DNA of 64,000 nucleotides, from assembly GCF_006345805.1 (NCBI RefSeq), contig NC_042999.1:61814001-61878000 (forward strand), written 5' to 3'. The notes under the pieces are model-generated. The model was not told where the DNA came from. It was given only the letters and a program-made list of their open reading frames with translations, and searched no databases. Made by a program: the position numbers and the translations under genes. Shown piece by piece: positions 1-12,823 of the stretch; position 1 is the first letter of the stretch; every line of letters starts with the position of its first letter. The stretch is from Octopus sinensis. Taxonomy: Eukaryota.

Positions 1-242
1 CACCTTACAAGAAGCATAATGAACAGTCGAGCTTGTTAGGGAGACACCTCTTGAGCGTTTGACCACGCTATAAATAGCAACCAAATGTTCCTCAAATCAC
101 ACACAAACGTTTTAGAACATGAAAGCACACGCAAAATGACGTTGTCCAAGAAACTCTAAATAAACAAGGGAATAAAAAGCAACTAGAATGTCGTTGACGA
201 TTGACCTGCTCGATATGAGACAACTTGGAGTGAAAAAACAAC

Positions 243-297
<55 letters not shown>

Positions 298-428
298 TGC
301 ACACATCCTACGCAGAACACTTTCCATACAATAACCATCAGAGCATCACAACAAATCACAGCACATACCCAAGGCACACAGAGCTGCGCTCGGTAGTGAA
401 GTGAAAGCACGCTATAAAAATAAAACTA

Positions 429-431
<3 letters not shown>
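298..431 (+). mobile_element. 5'-truncated 3' end of R4/Dong-type LINE, flanked on both sides by (TAA)n
   Basis: Nearly identical to 4327-4454 (tgcacacatcctacgcagaacac...aaaactactg). Preceded by (TAA)n 244-297 and followed by (TAA)n 432-510. Confidence 0.9.
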
Positions 432-510
<79 letters not shown>

Positions 511-512
<2 letters not shown>

Positions 513-3500
513 CGGGGACTTTTAAGATGTAAGAAGGAAAATACAGAACTCCGAAATCTATCCACAAACATCGAAAACAAGGACACCCTATGGAGCCAAA
601 GATTTACTAACAAAGAATTGGACTATATCCGAGTAAGTAATACTAATTGAAATTTATTACTATTTTCGAAACGAAATGATGTATTTTGACTCGATATTAT
701 CTCCACCTCTAACACAACACATGTAAACATGCGTGGAACAACACGATCATCCCCGACCTCAAACACCATGTACAAAGGAACTACGAAGAAATTAAATGCC
801 ACCGATACTATTCAACCCAAGAATAACAATCGAGCGGTACGTACATTAAACCTACAACAAAAAATGTACGAAAAACTACACGTGCGAAATAATGTGACAA
901 CAGAAATACACGGACCGGTACCCTACGAAAATGACGACCGTCAAAATAATGGGCCGGACGTTGTACCTCATGTCCTGCAAATAAAACCCAAAAGACGTAA
1001 ATGGACACGTGAGGAATACATTTCTATCTTACACGCATACTTCACAGCAGTACTCTACCCAAAAAATGAAAATACAACAACACATACATATAAAATATGG
1101 AAGGAAAATAATAGAGATATAGACTTGGATACAGCAATGAACCCTAATAAATTAGCTAACGTACGAAGATACATTCTCAACACAAAAAAAATATCAGAAA
1201 TAGAAATAGAACACCTAAAAGAAAACATACACCAGGAAAATGTAGATAGAAGCCACACAACAATGCCCAATAATATAAACACTGAAACTGTAAAACACGA
1301 AGACAATCGCAACATTCCCAACAAACACGATGTAAACAACGAAGGGGAGCCTAATGATTATGATAATATAAAAAATAAAATAATCAAAGAACTGAAAACC
1401 ACAGAGCCCAAAATGGACCACCGACCATACCTCCCAAGAATAAAAATAAACGCAATAACAACACCTATTATAAACAACATAAACCTAGCCGTCACTGAAC
1501 TAGCCACTGAAACAAAAAAAAGTGATATCACTGAGCTAAATGACTTGATATACGCAGCAGCCACTGCAGCCACAAAAGAAGCTGGATACTCACCCAAACC
1601 CGCCCAAACAGGAGTACCACCACCCAAACAAACCCTGTGGATAAATAACATCCAAAACAAAATTTAAAAAATTAGAAAAGACCTGTCGATTCTTAATGAA
1701 ATCAGCAAACAAGCAACGCTACTAAGCAACAAAAAGAGAACAAAAATACTCCGCAAATACAACATCACAGAAAAAGATTTGCCGGAGATAAAAGAAAAGC
1801 TGAAGCAAGATATCCTTGCCAAAGCTCAAAGGATCCGCCGGTACGAGAAACGCCAACGCTTCTTTGAACAGAAAAAAAGTTCAACTCCGACCCCAAAAAG
1901 TTCTACCAAGAACTGGGCAAAAATAAAATAGAAGTCACTGCAGCACCAACGGCAGAAGAATTGGAAGAATTCTGGAGAGAAATATGGTCGGCGAACGAAC
2001 AGCCAAAAAAAAGGAGTATCAGAATAACAAACTCGGCATCTGAACAACTTTGGACCCCCATAACAACTGAAGAGGTCACCCAGGCACTGCAAAAACTAAG
2101 CAACTGGAAGGCACCTGGGCATGACAAGATCCCCAACTTCTGGTTGAAATATCTAACAGGAATGCACAAAAAGCTGGCTGAAAACTTTAACAACGTACTA
2201 GCAGAGCCAGAGACAATGCCTGAATGGCTCACGAAGGGGAAAACCATCTTAATTCCCAAATCAAATGAAACAACAAAACCAGAAAACTACAGACCAATAA
2301 CCTTCCTCCCTACTATGTTCAAGGCATTTACTGCAGTGATATCGCAAAGGCTGAACAAGCACCTGGACGAAAACAAACTGTTCCCAGAAGAGCAAAAGGA
2401 TGCCGCAAAGGCTCATATGGCTGTAAAGATCAACTAATGATTAATAAAGCCGTAACTGAAGACAGCCACAGAAAGAAGAAAGGCCTCAGTATGGCCTGGA
2501 TTGACTACAAAAAGGCGTTTGATAGCATCCCCCACACATGGATCCTCGAAACTCTAGCCATTAACAAAGTAGCACCAACAATCATAAAATTCATAGAGCA
2601 CTCTATGAATAAATGGCAAACAGTCCTACACCTCCAAACAAAAGAGGGACTCATGAAAACCAAAGACATGCCCATTAGAAGAGGAATATTCCAGGGAGAC
2701 ACGCTCTCTCTCACTCCTTTTCTGCTTGGCACTGTCACCTCTATCTGATATGCTAAATAGAACTGGATGCGGATATAAATGTTACGGCAAAACGATCAGC
2801 CACCTTTTATATATGGATGACCTAAAACTATACGCTGCAAATGACAAACAGCTGGAAACACTATTAAGACAGTTCATGGATTTACCAAAGAAATAGATAT
2901 GAAATTTGGATTAGAAAAATGCGCCAAAGTAACCATGAAAAGAGGAAAACTAGTTAAGAGTAACAACATCACACTAGATAAAACCAATGAAATAAAAGAA
3001 TTAGACCAAAGCCAAACTTACAAATACTTAGGAATCCATGAACTAGATAAGACACAACACACACAAGTGAAAGAGAAAATAAAAAAAGAATATTATAGAC
3101 GAGTTAGATCAATACTAAAAACAGAGCTCAATGCTAAAAACAAGATAATAGGTATCACACTTTAGCTGTCCCAGTTATAAGTTACAGCTACAATATCCTT
3201 AACTGGACACGAAATGAACTGTCCAAAATAGATAGGAAAACAAGAAAAAAATACTGACAGGATCTAGGATGCATCACCCAAAATCTGACATAGAAAGACT
3301 ATATATCCAACGTATAGAAGGTGGTAGAGGCCTTATACAGCTGGAAAACTACTATAAAATAACCACCATAGGACTGCAAAATATCTACTTCAGAAGGAAG
3401 GAAAACTGATCCAGATAGCGGCAAAACACGAGCAAAACAAAAAACTGTTCTCAGTATTTAAGGAAGCTGACAAATACAAACAAGAAATCATACCACCTAA

Positions 3501-4454
3501 TAAACATGAAGAAGAAGAAGAAGATGATGAAGAAACAACAAAAGCTATAAAACAAATGAAATCCAAACTAAAAATAGAACAGCAACGAACCATGATAAGA
3601 CGATGGCAAGAAAAGCCCCTTCATGGTAAATACTGGACTAAACTAAACGCAAAAGAAATAGACAAAGAAAATCCCAGCAATGGTTGAGAAGCTCAGGACT
3701 CAAAGCAGAAACAGAGGGATTTTTAATTGCAGCACAAGACCAAGCCTCCCCACCAGAAATACCAAAAACATGTAATGAAAAGAAATATTACAAGTAACTG
3801 CAGAATATGTGGAGATGGACAAGAAACAATAAATCATATTATCTCTAGCTGCCCAGTCCTGGTTAAGAAGGAATATTTCACAGACATGACAGAGTTGGAA
3901 CCTACATACATTGGAAGCTATGCCAACATTATGGAATAACAACAGAAAAAGATGGTATGGCACACACCAGAAAAGGTCACAGAAAACGAGAAAGCAACCA
4001 TACTCTGGGATATGCCGATACACGAAGACAGAGAAATTAAGGCCAACAGACCAGATATAGTTGTCAGAGATCATGAAGAAAAAAAATGCTTTCTAATTGA
4101 TGTATCAATACCGGCTGATGACAACGTGTCTCTAAAAAAATGGAGAAACTCTCAAAATACAAAGACCTGGAAATAGAGGTAACTAGAATGTGGAACCTGA
4201 AAACAGAAACAATTCCTATCATAGTAGGTGCATTAGGCATGATAAAAAAATATTCAGACAAATACATAACAAAAACACCAGGACTTACAAACACATATAA
4301 CATACAGAAAATTGCATTACTAGGCACTGCACACATCCTACGCAGAACACTTTCCATACAATAACCATCAGAGCATCACAACAAATCACAGCACATACCC
4401 AAGGCACACACTTCGGTAGTGAAGTGAAAGCACGCTATAAAAATAAAACTACTG
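511..4454 (+). mobile_element. Near full-length R4/Dong-clade non-LTR retrotransposon (single ORF, RT plus restriction-like endonuclease)
   Basis: Starts immediately after (TAA)n and ends ...ctactg followed by (TAA)n 4455-4531. Contains Myb-like, RT, CCHC and REL motifs. Confidence 0.9.
729..4364 (+). pseudogene. R4-type polyprotein, broken by several stops and frameshifts
   Basis: KRRKWTREEYISIL (Myb-like); WKAPGHDKIPNFWLK; YRPITFLPTMFK; WIDYKKAFDSIPH; RGIFQGDTLS; LYMDDLKLY (gatgacctaaaactatac ~2815); CRICGDGQETINHIISSC; RPDIVV..CFLIDVSIP..KYKDL (PD..D..K). In-frame TAA at 1665-1667 and several frame changes. Confidence 0.9.
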
Positions 4455-4473
4455 AATAATAATAATAATAATA

Positions 4474-4530
<57 letters not shown>

Positions 4531-4533
<3 letters not shown>

Positions 4534-4633
4534 GTTTCAAATTTTGGCACAGGTCCAGCAATTTTGTGTTAATTACATCGACCTCAATGCTTGGCTGGTA
4601 CTTTTTTATCGACACCGAAAGGATGAAAAGCAA
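4531..4633 (-). mobile_element. Old fragment of SINE family A (3' part)
   Basis: Reverse match to ttcatcctttcggggtcgataaa..aagtacc and to the tail ...gtgccaaaatttgaaacca. Confidence 0.65.
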
Positions 4634-5399
4634 TGATAATTTAGGTGGGAAATGAACAAGAATGTAGAGTCGAAAGAAAAGCTGCTAAGCATTTTGTTCT
4701 ACCAATTAGCAATTCTTCCAACGTCATATACATAGTATACGATGTTATGAATTATATCGTTGCTTAGCGCCAGTTTAGCTCCGATTAATGGTAATCTAAC
4801 GCATTTATTATTTCAGACATTGTATATCTAGGAACCGATTCCTTGATGTATTCTTCCTCTCTTAAATCAATAGGTACGGTTGATGTGATCAGTGGATAGA
4901 TATTTAAGCAGCTATTTCTTGTAGGTGAGGAGACCTGCTCAATAAAGTTTGTTTATCTGTGCAGACTGCAAATGTCAGTCGTTAGAGCGCAGGATGCAAT
5001 ATCCTGTGTAGTGGGGGACGGATTGCTATTCTTTACATTCGGAACGCATGAATAAATAAAGCACAAGTGAAATGTAGAAGGATTCTTCTCTTATTTGCGG
5101 ACAACTCTTTGTAAATCAGCTTGAAAAATAGGAGTAACGCATTTGATAACTTAGGATAGCATAGTCGTACATATCCCCAAAATTTACGGAACTTCAAAGA
5201 GAATTTGCCTCCTTGAAATTCTGCTGATGAAAGCATCACGTGACCACAGGTTACTATGATCGTCTTATTATCAGAAACACTCTGTACCCAGAGATAAAAT
5301 GTACGCATGTGTGTGTAAGTTTTATGCACATGGGGTAGTAGTGAGGATTGTTTAGGTATGTGCGTTACATTTTCCAGTGTGAATCAAGTTTTATTAATG

Positions 5400-5776
5400 T
5401 TGGTTTCAAATTTTGGCACAAGGCCAGCAATTTCAGGGAAGGAGGTAGGTCAGTCGATTACATCGACACCAGCACTCTGCTGGTATTTATTTTATAGACC
5501 TCGAAAGAATGAAAGGCAAAGCAACCTCGATAGAGAAGTATTATTTATATTTAAAAAAAAAAATTAAGGCGGCGAGTGGCAGAATTGTTAGCGTATCGGA
5601 CAAAAGACTTAAAAGAATTTCTACTGGTCCTTTACGTTCAAATTGCGCCGAGGTTGACTTGACCTCTTATCCTTTTGCGGAGCGGGTGATAGAATAAGTA
5701 TCAGTTGAGCACTGGGGCTGAAGTAACGATTTGTTCCACTCCACTTAAAATTGCTGGCCTTGTGCCAAAATTTAAA
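5400..5776. mobile_element. Two SINE family A copies, minus 5400-5530 and plus 5567-5776
   Basis: ggcggcgagtggcagaa head at 5567 and ...ggccttgtgccaaaattt tail, with a reverse copy just upstream. Confidence 0.7.
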
Positions 5777-5779
5777 ACA

Positions 5780-5813
<34 letters not shown>

Positions 5814-5873
5814 GTACGCTTATCAATTCCCTTTGCAAGATTCCTTTTGTGAAATAGTGTGTTGAAACAGATA

Positions 5874-6296
5874 GTGTTGTATTTCGGGACGGTCATTTTT
5901 GTTTTTGCCAAATAAACACACGCACTATATATTTTTTCTTCACTCGTTCATTACTGTTCATATATTTCATTATTTAAACTCCTATCTATATTCCGGAAGT
6001 CTTTCGTTACACATCTGTGATTTCTTCAGCGAGACTTTTCGCTTTCGCGCGTGTTCTTGCTCCACTAATTCCATTCTCTTCCATCACAAGGCACAGAATG
6101 GAGTAAGTGGACCAAGAACACACACGAAAGCGAAAAGTCTTGCTGAAAAAGTCACAGATGTGTGAAAAAAGACTTCCGGACAATGGATAGGAGTTAAAAT
6201 AATGAAATCTATGAACAGTAATGAACGAGTGAAGAAAAAAATATATAGTGCGTGTGTTTATTTGGCCCCAAAAATAACCGTCCCAAAATACAGCAA
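5874..6296. mobile_element. Foldback MITE, ~200-bp inverted arms around a ~20-bp loop, TA-flanked
   Basis: Left arm gtgttgtatttcgggacgg...ccactaattccattct is the reverse complement (some mismatches) of agaatggagtaagtgg...ccgtcccaaaatacagcaa. TA at 5872-5873 and 6297-6298. Confidence 0.8.
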
Positions 6297-6456
6297 TATA
6301 TATATATGGTCAGACGCAGGCTCGCATCTAAACATGTTTTCGGATTTAGTCCCATTACGCAGCACCTTGGGCAAATGTCTTCTATTATAGCCCCGAACCG
6401 AGAAGTGTCTTGTGAGTGAATTTCGAAGGCGGAAACTCTGTGGGAGCCAGTTGTGT

Positions 6457-6566
<110 letters not shown>

Positions 6567-6958
6567 AATGACAACTGCTTCACACGGAAAGTGATTTCCA
6601 GCAGGACTACAGAATAGTTAACTGTTACGCTTATTAAAACAGCTCATTTCCTTATGTTAATGTCAAATTAAATGTATCATACTGATTCCGGAGTTTTGAG
6701 TGCTTTTGCAAAGATTTCTGAAATAACGAAATAACCTGCATTTTTCTTTTATTTCTTTTGATGTCACCTCCTTGTACTTGTGCTACGGTGCATATAACGA
6801 ACAACACGAACTCAAGATTTCTTTGCAGTCTAATGACGAATTCATTAAATAACCACTGACTTCAATGAGCAAATGACTTCCAAAAACAACTGCAATCAAG
6901 CAACGCAAAAGAGGACATGAGCTTGTCATCATTAACGTTACAGTAAACAGTGGTGGGT

Positions 6959-7125
6959 GGAGGCGCAATGGCCCAGTGGTTAGGGCAGCGGACTCGCGGT
7001 CGGAGGATCGCGGTTTTGATTCACAGACCGGGCGTTGTGTGTGTTTATTGGGAGGAACACATACGCCATAGAAACCGGGAAACCGGGCCCATGAGCCTGG
7101 CTAGGCTTAAAAAGGGAGCATAAAT
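6959..7125 (+). mobile_element. tRNA-derived SINE family C, short copy
   Basis: ggaggcgcaatggcccagtggttagggcagcggactcgcgg head; the same head occurs at 51556 (+) and 32565 (-). Confidence 0.8.
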
Positions 7126-7369
7126 AATAAAAAAAAAGCAGTAGTGGAGTAGAACAATCATTAGAGTGTCCAAAAAATGCCTTGAATTGTTTCTTCCAAC
7201 TATATACTCTCTAAGTTCAAATCCGTCGAGGTCAGCTTTGCTCTTCCTTTTTTCACGGTCGATAAAATAACAGTGAAGTCCTGAGTTTGAGGTAAACTAC
7301 AAATACTATTCTTTTAAGACTTTCGACTGGTACCTGCATTAGAAACATTATTAAACTTATTGTATCGAA

Positions 7370-8390
7370 GGCGGCGAGCTGGCAGAATCCTTAGCACGCC
7401 GGGAGAAATGCTTAGCGGTATTTCGTCTGCCGCTACGTTCTGAGTTCAAATTCCGCCGAGGTCGACTTTGCTTTTCATCCTTTCGGAGTCGATAAATTAA
7501 GTACCAACTACGCACTGGGGTCGATGTATTCAACATAATCCCTTTGTCTGTCCTTGTTTGTCCCATCTATGTTTAGCCCCTTGTGGGCAATAAACAAATA
7601 AGAATAAGCACCTGCCATTTAAAAAGGGTGGGATAAGTACTGGAGTCGATTTGTTTGACTAACCCCTTCAAGGCGATACCAAAACATGGCCAAAGTTCAG
7701 TTTCAGTAACGAGAAAAAGGAATCAAAGAAAAAGAAAAGGTGATAACACCTTTTAGATCAGAAGATCGAATGTTTGGACAATATCTGTCTGTCTCTCTAC
7801 ATAAACACCCCCACACACACACGCGCGCGCGCGCGCGCACGTGGGTAGTAAAGACATAGGTATTTCGTCTGCTGTTATGTTCTGAGTTCAAATTCCACCG
7901 AGGTCGACTTTGCCTTTCATCCTTTCGGGGTCGATAACTTAAGTACCAGTTATGCACTGGGGTCTATATAATCGACTTAATCCGTTTGTTTGTCCTTGTT
8001 TGTCCTACCTTGTGGGTAGTAAAGAAATAGGTATTTCGTTCTGACTTCAAATTCCGCCGAGGTCGACTTTGCCATTTATCTTTTCGGGGTCGATAAATTA
8101 AGTACCAGTTGCGTACTAGTGTCGATCGAATCGACTGGTCCCCTCCCTAAAAATTTCGGGCCGTGTGCCTAGAATAGAAAAGAATCGTTAGCACGCCGGA
8201 CAAAATGCTTAGCGGTATTTCATCCGTCTTGTTCAAATGCTCTGAGTTCAAATGCTACCGGCGTCGACTTTGCTTTTCACACTTTCGGGATCGATACATT
8301 AAGTACCAATCAAACACGGTATCGATATAATTGACTAGCCACTTCCCCCAAAAATTCCAGGCCTTGTGCCGATAGAAGAAAAGATTTTCT
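7370..8390 (+). mobile_element. Cluster of SINE family A copies, including head-less tandem bodies
   Basis: A-box-like ggcgagctggcagaa, B-box gagttcaaattcc, and a central domain gtcgactttgcctttcatcctttcggggtcgataaattaagtacc resembling the Deu/Nin SINE domain. Confidence 0.85.
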
Positions 8391-9104
8391 TTACTGTATC
8401 TAGTGGTGGATAGAAACAAATAGATAAAGCATCGATAATATACCTTGTATTTCTATGTTCAAATTCCACCAGGGTCAACTTTATATTTAATCCGTCTGGG
8501 TTCAATAAGTAGAACTGTAGTCACGTATTGGAAGTGATTCAATCGACTAACCTTCCGCCCCCACCAATTTATGGCCTTGTACCGAAGTTAGACAAAACCA
8601 TTTTCATTACAATACATGTAACCTTTGCTATTTATGTGGATGAGGTTATGCTTCTTGAAGTTATTTTCGTTGCTGAAGCTATTCTTGTTGTCGAGGTTGT
8701 TGTTGCTACTCTTCTGCTCGTCGATATTATAGTCTTTGTTGTTGGTGTTGTGAAACTCCATAATTTCCCACTAGATTAGAAGTATTAGATTATAAAGGTA
8801 AAACCATGGATCAACAACCTCCGCTTGATCGTCTCTCACATTCTTCCCTCAACGGTCGACGAACCTTAGAAAAATTAATCAATAATAGAATGAATATGAA
8901 ACTGAATAATGATTAAGTTTACATCGATATATCATACGATGATATTGGTATTAAAATTATATTTCTTAGTCTCTTAGCATTTGCACCGAATGGTTTCCAA
9001 TAACCGCAAGCTATGCAAGTAATCTGAATCAATTCTCAAGATAATTGCAATGCAATGCGCTATAACATGTCTTATTTCAAATTAGTTATCTGACAATATA
9101 CGTA

Positions 9105-9626
9105 TGTGCATGTATGTATGTATGTATGTATGTATGTATGTATGTATGTATGTATGTATGTATGTATTATGTATGTATATATGCATGTATGTATGTATGT
9201 ATTTACATGTGTGTATAAATGTATGTGTGTATATACGTGTGTGTATATATGTATGTATATATGTATGTATATACATGTGTGTATAAAAGTATGTGTGTAT
9301 ATACGTGTGTGTATATACGTGTGTGTATATATGTATCTATGTATGTATATAAATGTGTGTATAAATGTATGTGTGTATATACGTATGTGTATATATGTAT
9401 GTATGCATGTATGTATATACATGTGTGTATAAGGTATGTGTGTATATACGTGTGTGTATATATGTATGTATGTATATGCATGTGTGTATATATGTATGTA
9501 TGTATATACATGTGTATATAAATGTATGTGAGTATATACGTGTGTGTATATATGTATGTATGTATGTATATACATGTATGTATAAATGTATGTGTGTATA
9601 TACGTGTGTGTATATACGTGTGTGTG

Positions 9627-9660
<34 letters not shown>

Positions 9661-9790
9661 TGTATGTATGTATATACATGTGTGTATAAATGTCTGTGTG
9701 TATATACGTATGTGTATATATGTATGTATGCATATACCTGTGTGTAAATGTATGTGTGTATATACGTGTGCATGTATGCATATATGTATA
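9105..9790. repeat. Compound (ATGT)n / (AT,GT) microsatellite-minisatellite
   Basis: Recurring gtgtgtatatacgtgtgtgtatatatgtatgtat units; source of the Y/I/H/T-rich spurious ORFs. Confidence 0.95.
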
Positions 9791-10165
9791 CACACATTCA
9801 AACTCACACGTATATATGCGTGTATATGTGTTTGTGTGTATGCGTGCGTATGTACACACACAAACCCTCACACATATATATGCGTGCATATATGTTTGTG
9901 TGCATGCGTGCGGAAGTCTATAGGAACACGTATATGTGCGTGCAGGTATTCTGTAAACGTTTATGTAGGCGTTAAATAATTGCTGTGAATAATACCCTTG
10001 ACGGAGTAAACCAATGAAATTTATGCAATTAAAATGACACGCTTCGTATTAGCAGAATTATTTCCTAAATACCAAATTCTCGTGTTAAAAAAAGGCAGGA
10101 AGACAAATCAGAAATGTGAAGTAAATGGAAAAAAATACATATGAAATGAAGTATCCCTCACATTT

Positions 10166-10187
10166 TTAGTAGTAGTAGTAGTAGTTT

Positions 10188-10238
<51 letters not shown>

Positions 10239-10265
10239 ATGGTGGTGGTAGTAGTAGTAGTAGTA

Positions 10266-10299
<34 letters not shown>

Positions 10300-10300
10300 G

Positions 10301-10341
<41 letters not shown>

Positions 10342-10357
10342 TGTTGTAGTAGTAGCT

Positions 10358-10392
<35 letters not shown>

Positions 10393-10420
10393 TGTTGTAG
10401 TAGTAGTTGTAGTAGTAGTA
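10166..10420. repeat. (GTA)n / (GGT)n trinucleotide repeat
   Basis: Direct reading of the sequence. Confidence 0.95.
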
Positions 10421-10474
10421 GTGTGACAATGTCTTGGTCTCTTTCGAACTCATCAAGGATACTTGATCTAATTA

Positions 10475-11626
10475 CGAGGGGCGTTCAATAAGTAATGCCT
10501 CTGACGCACTTCCCATAGCAGTAGAGCAACGAAACTTGGCACAGTTATTAGTCTTTTTCTACATAGGAACCACTCAGAGTTACACATTTCTCCCATAGTT
10601 TGATGCAACTCTGGAGACCGTTTTTGTAGAAGACCCCAGCTTGGTCCTCCGACCACGACGTGACTTCAGAAATCAAGGCTGCATCATCTGGGAAACGCTT
10701 TCCTTTCAAAAACAACTTCATGGCTGGGAAGAGCTGAAAATCAGAGGGTGCAAGGTCAGGAGAGTAGGGGGATGGGGGAGGAGTTCATAGCCGCACGCCT
10801 GTGCTTCTGATCTGGCGACACGCGAGTTGTAGACCAGAGCGTGTCCTGCAGGAGGAAGATGCCTTTGCTGATCTTGCCCCGCCTCTTGATTTTGATAGCT
10901 TCTCTTAATTTCCTCAAAAGTGAAGCATAATAGGCTCCTGTAATTGTGGTACCCTTTGCCAGGAAATCTGTCATCACAACTCCGTCCTGGTTCCAGAAGA
11001 CTGTGAGCATGACCTTGCCAGCGGAGGGCTGCACCCTTGCCTTCTTTGGAGGAGGTGAGTCACGGTGCTTCCACTGCATTGACTGGGCTTTGGTCTCTGG
11101 ATCATAGTGATGGACCCAGGTTTCATCCGGTGTAATCAGTCTTTTGAAAAATTTTGACTCATCTTCTTGGCACATCTCCAAATTCATCCTCGAGCACTCG
11201 ACGCGTTCTTACTTCTGGAAAGGTGTGAGCAACCTGGGAATCCATCTGGCAGACACCTTTTGCATATGCAAATGGTCATGAATGATAGTTTCCACAGACC
11301 CGGTACTAATCTTGACCTCATGGGCTATTTGGCGAATAGTTATGCGTCGATCTTCCAAAATGGCAGCCTCAACTTGACGGACAGATGCCTCATCAATGGT
11401 AGAAGGGGGGCGACCAGATCTGGGAGCTGTTTCCACAGAGTTCCAACCATGTTTGAATTCACGATGCCAGCATTTTACAAGGTCGTATGATGGGGCATCA
11501 TCACCATAAGTTACTTTCATTTCATCAAAAGTCTCCCGTGGTGTGCGTCCTTTCAAATACAAAAACCGGATCACTGCTCGACACTCAACAGGCTCCATTT
11601 CACACTTGACTCAGTTCAAACACTCG
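10475..11626 (-). mobile_element. mariner (DD34D) transposon, one intact TIR, other end collapsed
   Basis: TA|cgaggggcgttcaataagtaatgcc at 10473-10499. The opposite end shows only ctcg|TA at 11623-11628. Confidence 0.85.
10548..11598 (-). pseudogene. mariner transposase, frameshifted
   Basis: MEPVECRAVIRFL (HTH), RSGRP, ARWIPRLLT, TPDETWVHHYDPE, LLQD, PHPPYSPDLAPSDF (10750-10790 reverse), ending ...SYVEKD stop at 10548-10550. Confidence 0.92.
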
Positions 11627-12730
11627 TAAATTTCATGACACACAACATGGACCAAATTTCTTCTTAAGAAAAAATATATATTCAAATAAATAAAACATAA
11701 TATCATGAATAGCGATAGCGAAACCGGTCGATATATTAAAAATTATATTAAAACTATGTAAGTGTGCGTATTTTCCTTTTTTAATTTCTTATATACATTA
11801 CAACTCACCATGTGGGGATAATCGAACTTCCTCTTTTCTGTTACTACTATATATATATATATATATATACATATCATCTGGGTTAATAACTTTATAGCTT
11901 GTTTTCCAAAGCTAATCTGCGGTTATCAATTACCAGATGTTGTCATACAATAGGATTTCTATTACAGGATATACATGTGGAAATCTGCAAGTATCAGTAG
12001 AGTAGATACAAAATAATTTCAATACCAGAAGATAGAATGAACGGTCTTCATTGCTAATCATTACTTTTGTTTCGGCATTTATAGTTGGTAATTAGTGAAT
12101 TTTACATATACTCTACACATTATTACATTAATATGATCCATCAATTGCTATATACGCGCACGTCTTCAAATGAGTAGTGTCCAAAACACTGCTAGATCAT
12201 CTTTAATTTCTTTCTAATTTATACCCACACCATTATGTTATTTTTAGCATTCCGTTGAGAAAGAACAACGCAGAAATACAAAGAGATACAAATGAGAAAG
12301 ATGCCAAAAATAAATTAATGGAAATAATATAAAAACTATAAAGAAACCCCTTATTCACTCCATCCTTAGCCACTGACCTGTCTTGGCTTTCAGGAAAATA
12401 AAAGAACGTTCTAAGTTAATAATATCATAAAAAGATAAACTTGAACAATTACCTGTCTCTTGTGTCTGTTACCGTTCCTTTTCAAAGGAAATCTCTGGCT
12501 TGTGATCACTTCCTTTGCACGACAGGAGACCAAAATCTCTCGGCTTATCGACTTAGATTTGACTACATAGCTTTACTATCGCGGCTTTGTCACGGTTGCT
12601 TTACAAGTCGTTAAGAGAGTCTTTTAAACCAAGAAGATATACTCGCACGCACCTTTAAACATACATATATATACACACACATACATACGTAGACATTTAT
12701 TTAACACTATGGACATATAGATGCATACAC

Positions 12731-12817
<87 letters not shown>

Positions 12818-12823
<6 letters not shown>

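Noticed and set aside
511-728. HDV-like ribozyme at the R4 5' end
   Set aside because: Plausible for the clade, but no P1/P3/P1.1 arrangement could be assembled by eye.
4817-4873. 57-nt plus-strand exon (tttcag|...ag|gtacgg)
   Set aside because: Good-looking splice sites and one open phase, but the peptide is unrecognisable and there are no supporting neighbours.
6959-7030. tRNA genes (here and at every SINE head)
   Set aside because: A/B boxes are present but the acceptor stems do not close, and each head runs into a repeated SINE body.
9072-9979. Long ORFs (up to 241 aa) rich in Y/I/H/T or C/V/M/Y
   Set aside because: Translations of (AT)/(GT)/(ATGT) microsatellites; the same applies to similar ORFs at 12.6-16.1, 28-31.3, 40.7-41.6, 44.2-47.6, 52.5-53 and 62.7-63.1 kb.
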